64,000 bases of DNA from an uncultured Prevotellaceae bacterium. Lineage in GTDB: Bacteria > Bacillota_I > Bacilli_A > RFN20 > CAG-288. The stretch covers positions 2,638 to 66,637 of the forward strand of contig CAVJWL010000002.1 of NCBI GenBank assembly GCA_963653505.1, read 5' to 3'. The position numbers and the translations under genes were made by a program. The notes under the pieces were generated by a model. The model made no database searches. It was not told where the DNA came from and saw nothing but the letters and a program-made list of their open reading frames with translations. Below, in pieces: positions 56,501-64,000 of this stretch; position 1 is the first letter of the stretch; each line of letters begins with the position of its first letter.

Positions 56501-59383
56501 GTAAATGGAAGCCAAGTAAAAGAAACATTGAAGAAAGGAACCAACATCTTTAACAAAGGAAAAGCAAAAAAAGAAGCAATCAAATTGCTCTCTCCAATGC
56601 TTTTGAACACAAACGATATATCAAACGAAGAAATAAATGAGGCATGTGACATTGCAGATGAATACAATTCATTAAAATCTGAAATCATAAAAGATAAATT
56701 CAACATCGCTGCATTCTTTGGTGAATCTATCTTAGACTCTCTTTCAAACTTTGATACTTATTACGAGATTTATAACAACACCTATGAGCTCTATAAATTG
56801 ATTCTTCACGGGGATGAAAAAATATTCAATCGCTTATACACAGTAATAAAAGGTGCTTCCCCCTTTGCTCTTCCAAAAATAAAAGAAGCATATAAAGTCT
56901 TCAGTTCATCCCATAATAACTTCGAAGCCGAATTGAACAAAATCATTAAAGTTCACCCACTTGATTTATCGGCATTTGTTGAGCAAGATTTCATCGATAC
57001 ATATCAAGAAATATGTACATTATTCATCGATGAAGAAAATCAATACAAGATAAATCAATACACAAAATTATTATCTGACTATGAAGAATTAGAAGCCATC
57101 GGTCTTAAGGACTTAGTAACTTTAATTAAGAAAAAAAGCATACCATTAGGTGAACTAGAAAAGACATACGAACACAATCTATGCCACGCGTTTGTAATAA
57201 CATATTTTGTCACCGATGAAGAAAACAACGATTTCGATGCTAATACCTATGAAGAAGAAATTAATAAATACCAAGAGTTGATTAAAAAATACAATTCCTT
57301 ATGCGTAGGTGAAACCATTGAAAAAATCACTTCAAAATTTGAAGATCCAGAAATAAAAAGAAGTACATCAACTCCTATAGGAGCTTTAAGAAAAATCTGC
57401 ATGAGCTCCGGAAAAGGAATATCGATAAGAAATACTCTAAACAAATATGAAGATTTAATCAGAATGTATTTCCCATGTTTTTTGATGTCCCCACTTGCCG
57501 CCGCACAATATCTAGATGTCAACTCTAAAAAGTTCGATATTGTCATCTTTGATGAGGCTTCACAAATACCAACTTCAGAAGCAGTTGGACCAATTGCTAG
57601 AGGAAACTCTTTAATTGTAGCTGGTGATCCTCAACAGATGCCACCATCAGATTATTTCTCGGTCGGAAGTGAAACAGATGAAGAATCATTAGATGGATCT
57701 GAGACATTACTTGCAGATGCAGAATCTCTCTTAGATGATTGCATAGCTATAGATATGCCAAGAATCAGATTAGCATTCCATTACCGTTCAAAACACGAAT
57801 CACTGATAAGATTTTCAAATAGAAATTTCTATGGAGGCAACCTCTTCACCTTCCCATCAACTGATAATTTGACATCCCATGTATCTTTCATCCATGTAGA
57901 TAGTAAAACTAAGAAAAAAGGGAGTGAAATCTCAACTGAAGAAATTCAAACAATACTCGACGTATTAAAACAAATCCTTGAGAATCCACAAACAAAAAAT
58001 AAATCAATCGGAATAATTGTCTTCAATTCTTCTCAACAAGAAAAACTTGAAGATGAAGTGGATACATTCTTAAACAAGAATCCAGAATACATAAAATTAA
58101 CTCATTGGCAAGAAGAAGATTCCAATAAGAAATTATTTGTTAAGAATCTCGAAAATGTTCAAGGAGATGAAAGAGATATCATCATCATGTCAATCGGATT
58201 TATGAAAGGACATGATGGGAAAGCTCAAATTAACGGTCCACTAGCTTTAGCAAAAGGTGAAAGAAGATTGAATGTTGCTGCAAGTAGAAGTATCGAACAG
58301 ATGATTGTTGTTTCCACAATCTACTCAAGTGATATCGATGAAATAGGAAAGAAAAATCAAGGTTCTAAAAACTTAAAAGATTTCTTAAGGTTTGCTGAAA
58401 ATTCTGATAGATTCGTTTTAGATCAAAATGATGACTCACCAAACAAAGATTTAGCATATTTCATAGCTAAAGAATTGAAACAAAAAGGATATGAATGCGA
58501 TGTATCCGTAGGTTCAAGTGAATTCAAAGTGGATTTAGCAGTTAGAAAGAAAGATAAAAAAGAGTACATTCTCGGAATTCTCTTAGATGAAAAACCATTG
58601 AATGGAAATGTATCATGTAGAGATAGATTCTTCGTAGAACCGATAATCCTAAAAAATTTAAAATGGAAAGTATTGAGAATCTACACTGTTTTATTCCTAA
58701 GATATAAATCAAGAACCATCAAAAAAATAATCGAAATGATTGAAAGTGTAGGAAATGAAGAAATAGAAAATACAACTTTATATATCCCGCCAGTCATGAC
58801 AGAACATCATATTTCACAAAAAGATTTTGGAATAGTCCAATATAAAAAATTGAAATATGAAGTCCAACCATTAGGAGATGACTTCAATTTTGAAAAAGGA
58901 AGGTTCTATAATGAAATATTAGAATTTATCCAAAAGCTTATTGAACTAGAATATCCGATTTCAAGAGAACTAATATTTGAAAACATCAAAGCAAAATTTG
59001 GAATAACAAGATTGACACAAAAATTAGCTTATGTCATCCTAAATCACGTTCAAATGATTGATCCAATCAAAACAAATGATTTTGAAGGAAGAATCTTCTA
59101 TTGGCCAAAAGATAAAGAAATCAAAGTTGAAAATTTCAGAGAGTCAGAAAGAGATATACTAGATATCTCTAAAGAAGAAATCATCAGCTTGATGAATTCA
59201 ATCATAAAAATTTACAAATCAATCGATAAAGAAGAATTGATAAGAGTGACATCAGAACAGATGAATATATCAATAATCACTGCAAAAACAAGAAGAAAAT
59301 TAGAATATGTCATTCATGAAGCAAGTGAAAATGATTTATTAGAAAACGGATTTCACGAAAGCAATTATTTTCAAATGAATTAA
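53552..59383 (+). CDS. giant multidomain protein: N-terminal transglutaminase-like Cys-protease fold + DUF4011-like + Upf1/DNA2-like SF1 helicase (AAA_11/AAA_12) + PD-(D/E)xK (DUF559-like) + DUF3320-like C-terminus
   Basis: 1943 aa with a strong RBS GGAGG. Putative TGase core LGTCLDISLLFCSALLQVGL...GHAFAGCFLHD (Cys/His/Asp). Helicase motifs GPPGTGKSQT (I), FDEASQ (II), VAGDPQQMPP (III), GDERD, RRLNVAASRS (VI). Nuclease-like ECDVSVGSSEFKVDLAV. Confidence 0.85.
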   Translation: MIDKEYIKINLATSKTFSYLEYHTDSIIKVNNPNVYYTSFSFVQKIEIDNQTENDYQDLIIHFEFSNNIFKSEDFHIGFTPKRNKYLIKIDPKIKIDDTRLYNINGISSCTIFISLRDPNNNTKELCSNTKTISILPFNQATNDIYKAPLLFSKYCITDFSQIINIQHAANNEKAKLNGFETDCIIGYQNEDTNEIIKEVTSIYRAIHNTGNITYSNPPNSSELVQNIRMPNTVLKTKLGTCLDISLLFCSALLQVGLHPILILTQGHAFAGCFLHDYDSFNGYYETNPNVIFSDAVSQEKNIILFECTTATNNSSVPFSEAMKIANETLRAYRGFFIAIDIYMAQHSIFKPIPIANDDGNVDFTIPMTKLKEEELEEIEEYQGTPIAEVDTTDRFTTWEKKLLDLSTSNKLVNFRFSKDNSNHSIIIPPNGKGKEIFEFLKHKDGTFTLSNIKNVLQDNEGNIGNIESEIFEKVASNQLQKGTLLMTGTVKTMKSLIKKDNESREETGSPTLYLCIGLLTGNDSNGRSNKEIKAPFLLLPIKVSKNRYGDDFTATYDIEEMMINKTFFEYYKMKKGSDYDNLYTVSSHNQFEDIIASLKENHSGDIKVDENVCFIANFLFTHMVMWQDIIDRKEVLRKNVIIQSLLENKSLINDDKIQVDNVDELDTMKDFAAPLPYDSTQLRAIRECAKGNSFILDGPPGTGKSQTIVNMIVNSFYNGKTILFVAEKQAALEVVRQRLASLGLDQFVLQLYSSKTNKQAFFSQLSKAMDYGKRSSDEDFLTICDNIEKEKKIINDELRRLHSHKKQFYSLYEAITRELATSEIKLNFDISQEFLSDYNSEKDVKIRNIIHRIEKVNSEFDGEKIENYLSIINFKRYTFNDQNTLVTSYTKLSKNLIELKNKFEQLKETLNEPSLQLKINNVEFIIGILKLLIEKEVKIDCFSKPDLETYFNNMNVVMPKISTLAKLESSISKKYNIHGIEQVNGSQVKETLKKGTNIFNKGKAKKEAIKLLSPMLLNTNDISNEEINEACDIADEYNSLKSEIIKDKFNIAAFFGESILDSLSNFDTYYEIYNNTYELYKLILHGDEKIFNRLYTVIKGASPFALPKIKEAYKVFSSSHNNFEAELNKIIKVHPLDLSAFVEQDFIDTYQEICTLFIDEENQYKINQYTKLLSDYEELEAIGLKDLVTLIKKKSIPLGELEKTYEHNLCHAFVITYFVTDEENNDFDANTYEEEINKYQELIKKYNSLCVGETIEKITSKFEDPEIKRSTSTPIGALRKICMSSGKGISIRNTLNKYEDLIRMYFPCFLMSPLAAAQYLDVNSKKFDIVIFDEASQIPTSEAVGPIARGNSLIVAGDPQQMPPSDYFSVGSETDEESLDGSETLLADAESLLDDCIAIDMPRIRLAFHYRSKHESLIRFSNRNFYGGNLFTFPSTDNLTSHVSFIHVDSKTKKKGSEISTEEIQTILDVLKQILENPQTKNKSIGIIVFNSSQQEKLEDEVDTFLNKNPEYIKLTHWQEEDSNKKLFVKNLENVQGDERDIIIMSIGFMKGHDGKAQINGPLALAKGERRLNVAASRSIEQMIVVSTIYSSDIDEIGKKNQGSKNLKDFLRFAENSDRFVLDQNDDSPNKDLAYFIAKELKQKGYECDVSVGSSEFKVDLAVRKKDKKEYILGILLDEKPLNGNVSCRDRFFVEPIILKNLKWKVLRIYTVLFLRYKSRTIKKIIEMIESVGNEEIENTTLYIPPVMTEHHISQKDFGIVQYKKLKYEVQPLGDDFNFEKGRFYNEILEFIQKLIELEYPISRELIFENIKAKFGITRLTQKLAYVILNHVQMIDPIKTNDFEGRIFYWPKDKEIKVENFRESERDILDISKEEIISLMNSIIKIYKSIDKEELIRVTSEQMNISIITAKTRRKLEYVIHEASENDLLENGFHESNYFQMN

Positions 59384-59384
59384 T

Positions 59385-60617
59385 TCATTCAAAGCTAACC
59401 ACATTATTATCCACATTCCATTCAGGATCAAAATGGCTGATATCATTTCCTGAAAGAATGTGGATTTTTGCTTTGTTAGAATACCATAAAATAGAAGGAC
59501 CAACATTCTTAATAGATGCTGGAATATAAATATCAGTCAAAGAACCGCATAAAGAAAAAGCTTCTTCTTCAATAGAAACCACACAGCTTGGAATATTTAC
59601 AATTTTCAATTTCAAGCAACCAGAAAAAGCTCTCTTCTTGATAATCTTCAAAGAAGAAGGAAAACTGATAGATTTTAATGAAACACAATTTTTAAACATA
59701 GAATCCTCAATGCAATCAATGCCTTCATTTATAGTTAGGTTAGTTATCGTTTTATTTCCTAAAAAAGATTTCTTATCAAAACAAACAAGATATTTGATAC
59801 CTTTATATTCAATTTTATTATTTAAAACTAAATTGATTACATGATTTTCAATTCCAATAACAATAGCTTTGTCATCATCAATATGATAAACCACACCATC
59901 ATTTACAAAATTGATATCTTCTTCAATTACCACTTCGTTTGAAAAGATATCGGTCTCTACATTCTCTTCGACTTCTTCTTTGACATTTAAATCTTCATTT
60001 TCAACTAAAAAAGGAGAATAATCTAACTTCAAATCGAAAGAAGTCTTTGCTGAAGCAAAATCTTTTTCACTATAAGAATAATAAGGGGAAGAAAAAGAAT
60101 TCCTACCTTTTGGTGAAATATAAAGAGCATTGATTTTATAGGTGATTTCTTTTGAATCTAATTGTCTAGAAAACAGAGAATCACAATATTCCTTTTCAAT
60201 CTTCCTATATTTACTAGGCTTTATTTTTGTTTGTAAAATTACAGAATCAGGAGTTATTGATTTATTGATTGTTTCATTGAATAATTCTTTGTATCTATTG
60301 TAATAATAAACATTTTTCATTCTGATTGAAGCAACCCTTGAAAGTTCTGTTTTAAAATTTAAAAAGTATTTATCGGGCTTGAAATTTGTGACGCTAGCCC
60401 TAGTTTTAAAATGAATACAATCTGTAAATGTATGATTATAATCAATATTTATTTGCGGGAATTTATCATTCAATTCCTTCAACTTTTTTATCGTAATAGA
60501 TGTATTTAAAACTTTCTTTTTATTTTTTTTATTTTTAAAAACTACAAACAAGACTATTAATATAATTGTTAGAATTACTGAACCAATGATGACAATAGTA
60601 AACATTTTAAACTCCAT
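59385..60617 (-). CDS. membrane-anchored BspA-type LRR protein
   Basis: 410 aa with an N-terminal TM anchor and C-terminal LRR_5-like repeats (SLKSISFPSSLKIIKKRAFSGCLKLKIVNIPSCVVSIEEEAFSLC). Convergent with the helicase gene (1-nt gap). Confidence 0.6.
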   Translation of the reverse strand: MEFKMFTIVIIGSVILTIILIVLFVVFKNKKNKKKVLNTSITIKKLKELNDKFPQINIDYNHTFTDCIHFKTRASVTNFKPDKYFLNFKTELSRVASIRMKNVYYYNRYKELFNETINKSITPDSVILQTKIKPSKYRKIEKEYCDSLFSRQLDSKEITYKINALYISPKGRNSFSSPYYSYSEKDFASAKTSFDLKLDYSPFLVENEDLNVKEEVEENVETDIFSNEVVIEEDINFVNDGVVYHIDDDKAIVIGIENHVINLVLNNKIEYKGIKYLVCFDKKSFLGNKTITNLTINEGIDCIEDSMFKNCVSLKSISFPSSLKIIKKRAFSGCLKLKIVNIPSCVVSIEEEAFSLCGSLTDIYIPASIKNVGPSILWYSNKAKIHILSGNDISHFDPEWNVDNNVVSFE

Positions 60618-60698
60618 TAAATATAAATCAATTTCTTTTTAATTATATAATCATTTTGTTAAAATAATCTAGTTTAAATTATAAAACTAGAGGTTCTT

Positions 60699-61370
60699 AT
60701 GAGAAAAGAAATAGATATGACGACATATATAAAAAGAAACCAGTACAATTGGTTTAGAACATTCGATGATCCAACCTATGGTTTTGATGTTGATATCGAT
60801 GTTGATGAAGTTGTCAGATTAGCAAAAGAAAGACATCAGTCTTTTTTTCCTTATTTTTATTACATAATCTTAAGAGCAGTATCTAAGGTAGATGAAATGA
60901 GAATGAGAGAAGTTGGTGGAAAGGTATATTTATACGATGTTATCAATCCAACCTTCACAGTGATGACAGATTATGGAGTCTATCAAAACGCCGGAGTAGA
61001 AATGGATTGGAATTTTGACAATTTCTATAAAAAAATCCGTTCAATAATTGACGAAGTAAAAAAATTACCACCAAGTGATAATCTAGATAGATTTCCAGTT
61101 TGCTCACAACCGAATTGTTTATATACAACCTGCATACCGATACTTTCATTAAAAGGAATGAAACACCCAACACCAAGTAAGAATCACGATTCGCTATCTA
61201 TCCCTCGCATTTGTTTTGATAAATACGAATTAAAAACCGATAAAAGATATCATCTTACATTGAATATCACAGTTTCCCATACCTTAGTTGATGGTTTCCC
61301 CTTAGCAAGATGTTTCAATTACATCAAAGAAGATTGTTTGAAAGCAAGAGAAATATTCAAAAACAACTAG
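60699..61370 (+). CDS. chloramphenicol O-acetyltransferase (CAT) family protein
   Basis: 223 aa, CAT-like throughout. The C-terminal catalytic region VSHTLVDGFPLARCF aligns to the CAT HHAVCDGFHVGRF motif with the catalytic His conserved. Confidence 0.7.
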   Translation: MRKEIDMTTYIKRNQYNWFRTFDDPTYGFDVDIDVDEVVRLAKERHQSFFPYFYYIILRAVSKVDEMRMREVGGKVYLYDVINPTFTVMTDYGVYQNAGVEMDWNFDNFYKKIRSIIDEVKKLPPSDNLDRFPVCSQPNCLYTTCIPILSLKGMKHPTPSKNHDSLSIPRICFDKYELKTDKRYHLTLNITVSHTLVDGFPLARCFNYIKEDCLKAREIFKNN

Positions 61371-61417
61371 ACAAAATTTAATTTCATAATCCATCATTTG
61401 TGAAGGAGATAAAATAG

Positions 61418-62593
61418 ATGGAAAAAGAAATTTTCAAAGGATATAAATTTAGAATCTATCCAAATAAAAATCAAAGCAGTTATCTGACTAAAATAATAGA
61501 TAGTTATCGATTTTTCTATAATCAATCAGTAACAGAATTGAATGAATATAAAGAAAAAAATATCGTTCCTTCAAAAGAACAATTATTAGAACATTTAAAA
61601 ACAATAAAAATATCAAAAGAAATAATTGATCCAAAAACTATATCTTTTCTTTTAAAAGAGGCAGTTTTTAATTCTTTTAAAAATCACGAAAAAGCTCAAA
61701 AAGATAATAAAAATATAAAATTTAAATCAAAATACAATAAAAATACAATTTCACTATTCGTTAAACAAATAAATTTTGAATTGAATTTTGAAAACAAAAC
61801 TATAAATCTATTCAATTTAAAAAGAATCAAAACAAGAGGTCTACAAGAAAACATTCATCCACAAAATAGAATATACATAACAAAAACATTAGATGAAAAA
61901 TATTTTATTTCATTTAATTGTAAAACAACTTATAAAATATTGGCACCACCAAAAGAGAAAAAAAGAATAGGCATCGATTTAGGATTAAATTCACTGATAA
62001 CTACAAGTGAAGGGAAAACAATTCTAAATGAAAGAATACTAGGAAGAATGCAAAATAGAATCTCAAATCTCCATAGGAAAATGTCGAGAGAGAAAAAAGG
62101 TTCAAGGAATTATGTAAAGACAAAAATAGCCTTACAAAGAGCATATGAAAAAGTAACAAATATAAGGAATGATTATCTAAATAAAATATCCTATAGAATT
62201 ATCAAAGAAAACACCTTTATAGGAATTGAAGACTTAGATATAAAAGCTATGGAAAAACGGCATCAAATATCAAAATCACTGATGGATGCATGTTTAGGAA
62301 TTATAGTCAAAGATTTAGAATATAAAGCATCATGGAATAATAGAGTTCTTGTAAAAGTGGATAGATATTTCCCATCTAGTCAAATATGTTCACATTGTGG
62401 ATATAAAAATAAAAAAGTAAAAGATTTATCCATAAGAGAATGGACATGTGAAAAATGTAATACCCATCATAATAGAGATGAAAATGCTGCAAAAAATATT
62501 TTAAAAGAAGCCTACAAAATAGGATTAGCAAATATAGGAATAAATAATGTTAGGATACAGAAAATAATAGATAATTTATTTTCTAATTATTGA
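61418..62593 (+). CDS. tnpB: IS200/IS605-family TnpB (OrfB) RNA-guided endonuclease
   Basis: 391 aa with RuvC-like motifs (IGIDLGL; IGIEDLDIK; NRDENAAKNI) and zinc finger CSHCGYKN...CEKCNTHHNRD. No tnpA is adjacent. Confidence 0.85.
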   Translation: MEKEIFKGYKFRIYPNKNQSSYLTKIIDSYRFFYNQSVTELNEYKEKNIVPSKEQLLEHLKTIKISKEIIDPKTISFLLKEAVFNSFKNHEKAQKDNKNIKFKSKYNKNTISLFVKQINFELNFENKTINLFNLKRIKTRGLQENIHPQNRIYITKTLDEKYFISFNCKTTYKILAPPKEKKRIGIDLGLNSLITTSEGKTILNERILGRMQNRISNLHRKMSREKKGSRNYVKTKIALQRAYEKVTNIRNDYLNKISYRIIKENTFIGIEDLDIKAMEKRHQISKSLMDACLGIIVKDLEYKASWNNRVLVKVDRYFPSSQICSHCGYKNKKVKDLSIREWTCEKCNTHHNRDENAAKNILKEAYKIGLANIGINNVRIQKIIDNLFSNY

Positions 62594-62703
62594 ATAAAAA
62601 GTAGGGATGCTATACCCGAGTTTATGTCTTGAAAGCTAAAAGCCCGATAGAAAGTTGATTAAATCAATCGACAGAACAAATACAAACCAGTTATTGCGAT
62701 TGT
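61418..62703 (+). mobile_element. putative solitary IS605-family (IS1341-like) tnpB element with 3' omega/reRNA region
   Basis: tnpB without a Y1 transposase. Boundaries are not determinable without left/right-end hairpin analysis. The 3' 110 nt after the tnpB stop show local stem-loops (GGGATGCTATACCC; GTTGATTAAATCAATCGAC). Confidence 0.4.
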
Positions 62704-63420
62704 TTAAACTTTTGTAGTTTCAATCGAACTGGATTTAAATTTTTGCTGTTTCTTTAAGGTTTTAGACCAATTTACAAAACCGTAAATATCATTAACTAAG
62801 AAGATGCATGAGGTAATAACGGTAGCGACATAATTGAAGTTATCCTTCATAGCAAGTGACCATAAGGTTATTAACACGATATCGTTTAACGCATAACCAA
62901 AAGCATAAAATCTACTTCTTCTCATTGTCAAATAAACAGCTAAAAAGCTTGTGAATACTGAGATTGTAGAAATTACTAAATTGTGTGTATTTAAACTTTT
63001 TAAAATAAAATAAAAAATTGTTGTTACAATTAAACCGATAAATGCAAATAAAACATATTCTAATGGCTTAAGTTCGTTAATTTCAACTTCATTAGAATTC
63101 GCCTTAGAATGATGTTTTATCCATGAAATCAAAGCAACAATTGCAATAGGAGTTGTCATGCCTAAGTATGTAATCATCTCACCGTAATATTTAGTTGAAT
63201 ACGAAACAAGGCCATAAAAAATCGAAAAAATAATTGTTGTCATCTGGCCAATCGAAGTTCCTTTAGAAACTAGCATAAGGGATGTGACTCCAATTAAAGA
63301 TGTCGCCAATTGCAAATAGTCAGTGTTTTTAAAAAAGAAAAAGCAAAATAAAATGACAGCTACAGACACGATGTACAAGCACCATTCAAAAATAGAGAAA
63401 TACTTTAAGATTTTTGTCAT
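62704..63420 (-). CDS. PnuC-like nicotinamide riboside transporter family membrane protein (tentative)
   Basis: 238 aa, ~7 TM helices with Trp-containing C-terminal segment IYGFVNW. The assignment rests on family-level resemblance only. Confidence 0.45.
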   Translation of the reverse strand: MTKILKYFSIFEWCLYIVSVAVILFCFFFFKNTDYLQLATSLIGVTSLMLVSKGTSIGQMTTIIFSIFYGLVSYSTKYYGEMITYLGMTTPIAIVALISWIKHHSKANSNEVEINELKPLEYVLFAFIGLIVTTIFYFILKSLNTHNLVISTISVFTSFLAVYLTMRRSRFYAFGYALNDIVLITLWSLAMKDNFNYVATVITSCIFLVNDIYGFVNWSKTLKKQQKFKSSSIETTKV

Positions 63421-63565
63421 AAAAAAACACCTCCATAAGATAGCCCTCTCAATCAGAGATGGTCACTTAAGCAAAGGCAAGTGTTCCCCACGCTTTGTGG
63501 CTAATAACTATATTTTCTATTATTTGAATTTAATTTCAAACTGAAAGTGCTTTTTTTGCTAAAAA

Positions 63566-63600
63566 AAGGGATAACAAAATACCAATTGTTATCCTCTTTT
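63566..63600. terminator. bidirectional intrinsic terminator between hpt and pnuC-like region
   Basis: AAAAAAAGGGATAACAAaataccaaTTGTTATCCTCTTTTT has an A-run and a T-run flanking a 9-bp stem. Confidence 0.5.
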
Positions 63601-63631
63601 TAGTTATTTCATACAAAACCTAAAATAAAAT

Positions 63632-64000
63632 TTATTTACTAGGATGTTCTTCTTTCCACTTTTTAGAGAGCGCTTTATCTTCTTCGATAATTGCGCCCCA
63701 TTCTTTGATATCTTTAATAGATGGTACAAAAACATATGGACGATTTCTAAATAATCCATAATAGTCAAAGCCAAAGCCGACAATATATCTTTGCTCATCC
63801 GTAGTAAGACCAGTAAAATCAGCTAATTCATTATATTTGCAATCCTTAGAATCTCTCTTGATAAGAATACAAACATATAAATTCTTAGGATGATAGGTTT
63901 TCTGAATAAAATCTTTTAAGAAATGCATAGTGATGCCAGTATCGATGATATCTTCAATAATAACAACATCTTTACCCTCTAAAGAATGATCAGGACCTTT
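63632..64000 (-). CDS. hpt: hypoxanthine-guanine phosphoribosyltransferase, partial (N-terminus beyond window)
   Basis: PRPP-binding motif IIEDIIDTGITMHFLKD and C-terminal FTGLTTDEQRYIVGFGFDYYGLFRNRPYVFV. The gene runs off the window end. Confidence 0.8.
   Translation of the reverse strand, partial: KGPDHSLEGKDVVIIEDIIDTGITMHFLKDFIQKTYHPKNLYVCILIKRDSKDCKYNELADFTGLTTDEQRYIVGFGFDYYGLFRNRPYVFVPSIKDIKEWGAIIEEDKALSKKWKEEHPSK

Noticed and set aside
53552-59383. The large helicase as a Cas3 or other CRISPR-associated helicase
   Set aside because: Its motifs are SF1 Upf1/DNA2-like (AAA_11/AAA_12), not SF2 DEAH Cas3. It has no HD domain and lies 12 kb from the cas operon on the other side of unrelated genes.
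63604-63798. 64-aa ORF
   Set aside because: It overlaps the hpt C-terminal coding region in another frame. hpt is strongly supported by PRPP-binding motifs.

Overview
Low-GC (~30%) Bacillota-type chromosomal segment. The conserved pcrA-ligA-gatC-gatA block suggests Firmicutes, and the BspA-type LRR proteins and codon usage are compatible with an Erysipelotrichia- or Clostridia-like gut organism, but I cannot assign a genus.

The first ~34 kb is mostly housekeeping and transport: PcrA, LigA, GatCA, a MATE exporter, a MarR plus heterodimeric ABC exporter operon, TetR plus MscS, a Trk/Ktr K+ uptake cluster, RluA, NUDIX, a GH36 alpha-galactosidase, an iron-siderophore-type ABC importer, a flotillin, and thyA-folA.

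The centre (34.3-41.6 kb) holds a complete type II-A CRISPR-Cas locus on the minus strand. It runs cas9 (1477 aa after start correction), cas1, cas2, csn2, then 12 full 36-bp repeats plus one degenerate terminal repeat. A plausible tracrRNA lies on the opposite strand immediately upstream of cas9, and the ORF caller's cas9 start overruns it. Two spacers are synonymous-codon variants of one another, which is unusual.

The last ~20 kb looks accessory. It carries lipoprotein/BspA-LRR surface proteins, a composite GGDEF-TM-GGDEF(degenerate)-EAL protein, and an iron-sulfur flavoprotein. It also carries a 1943-aa protein that fuses an N-terminal transglutaminase-like Cys-protease fold to a DUF4011/Upf1-like SF1 helicase/PD-(D/E)xK/DUF3320-type module, which I flag as a candidate single-protein anti-MGE system. 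Beyond that sit a CAT-family acetyltransferase next to a solitary IS605-family TnpB (OMEGA RNA-guided nuclease), then pnuC-like and hpt genes.

There is also a multiply disrupted AAA-ATPase/PD-(D/E)xK-family pseudogene near 28-29 kb. I found no rRNA or tRNA genes.
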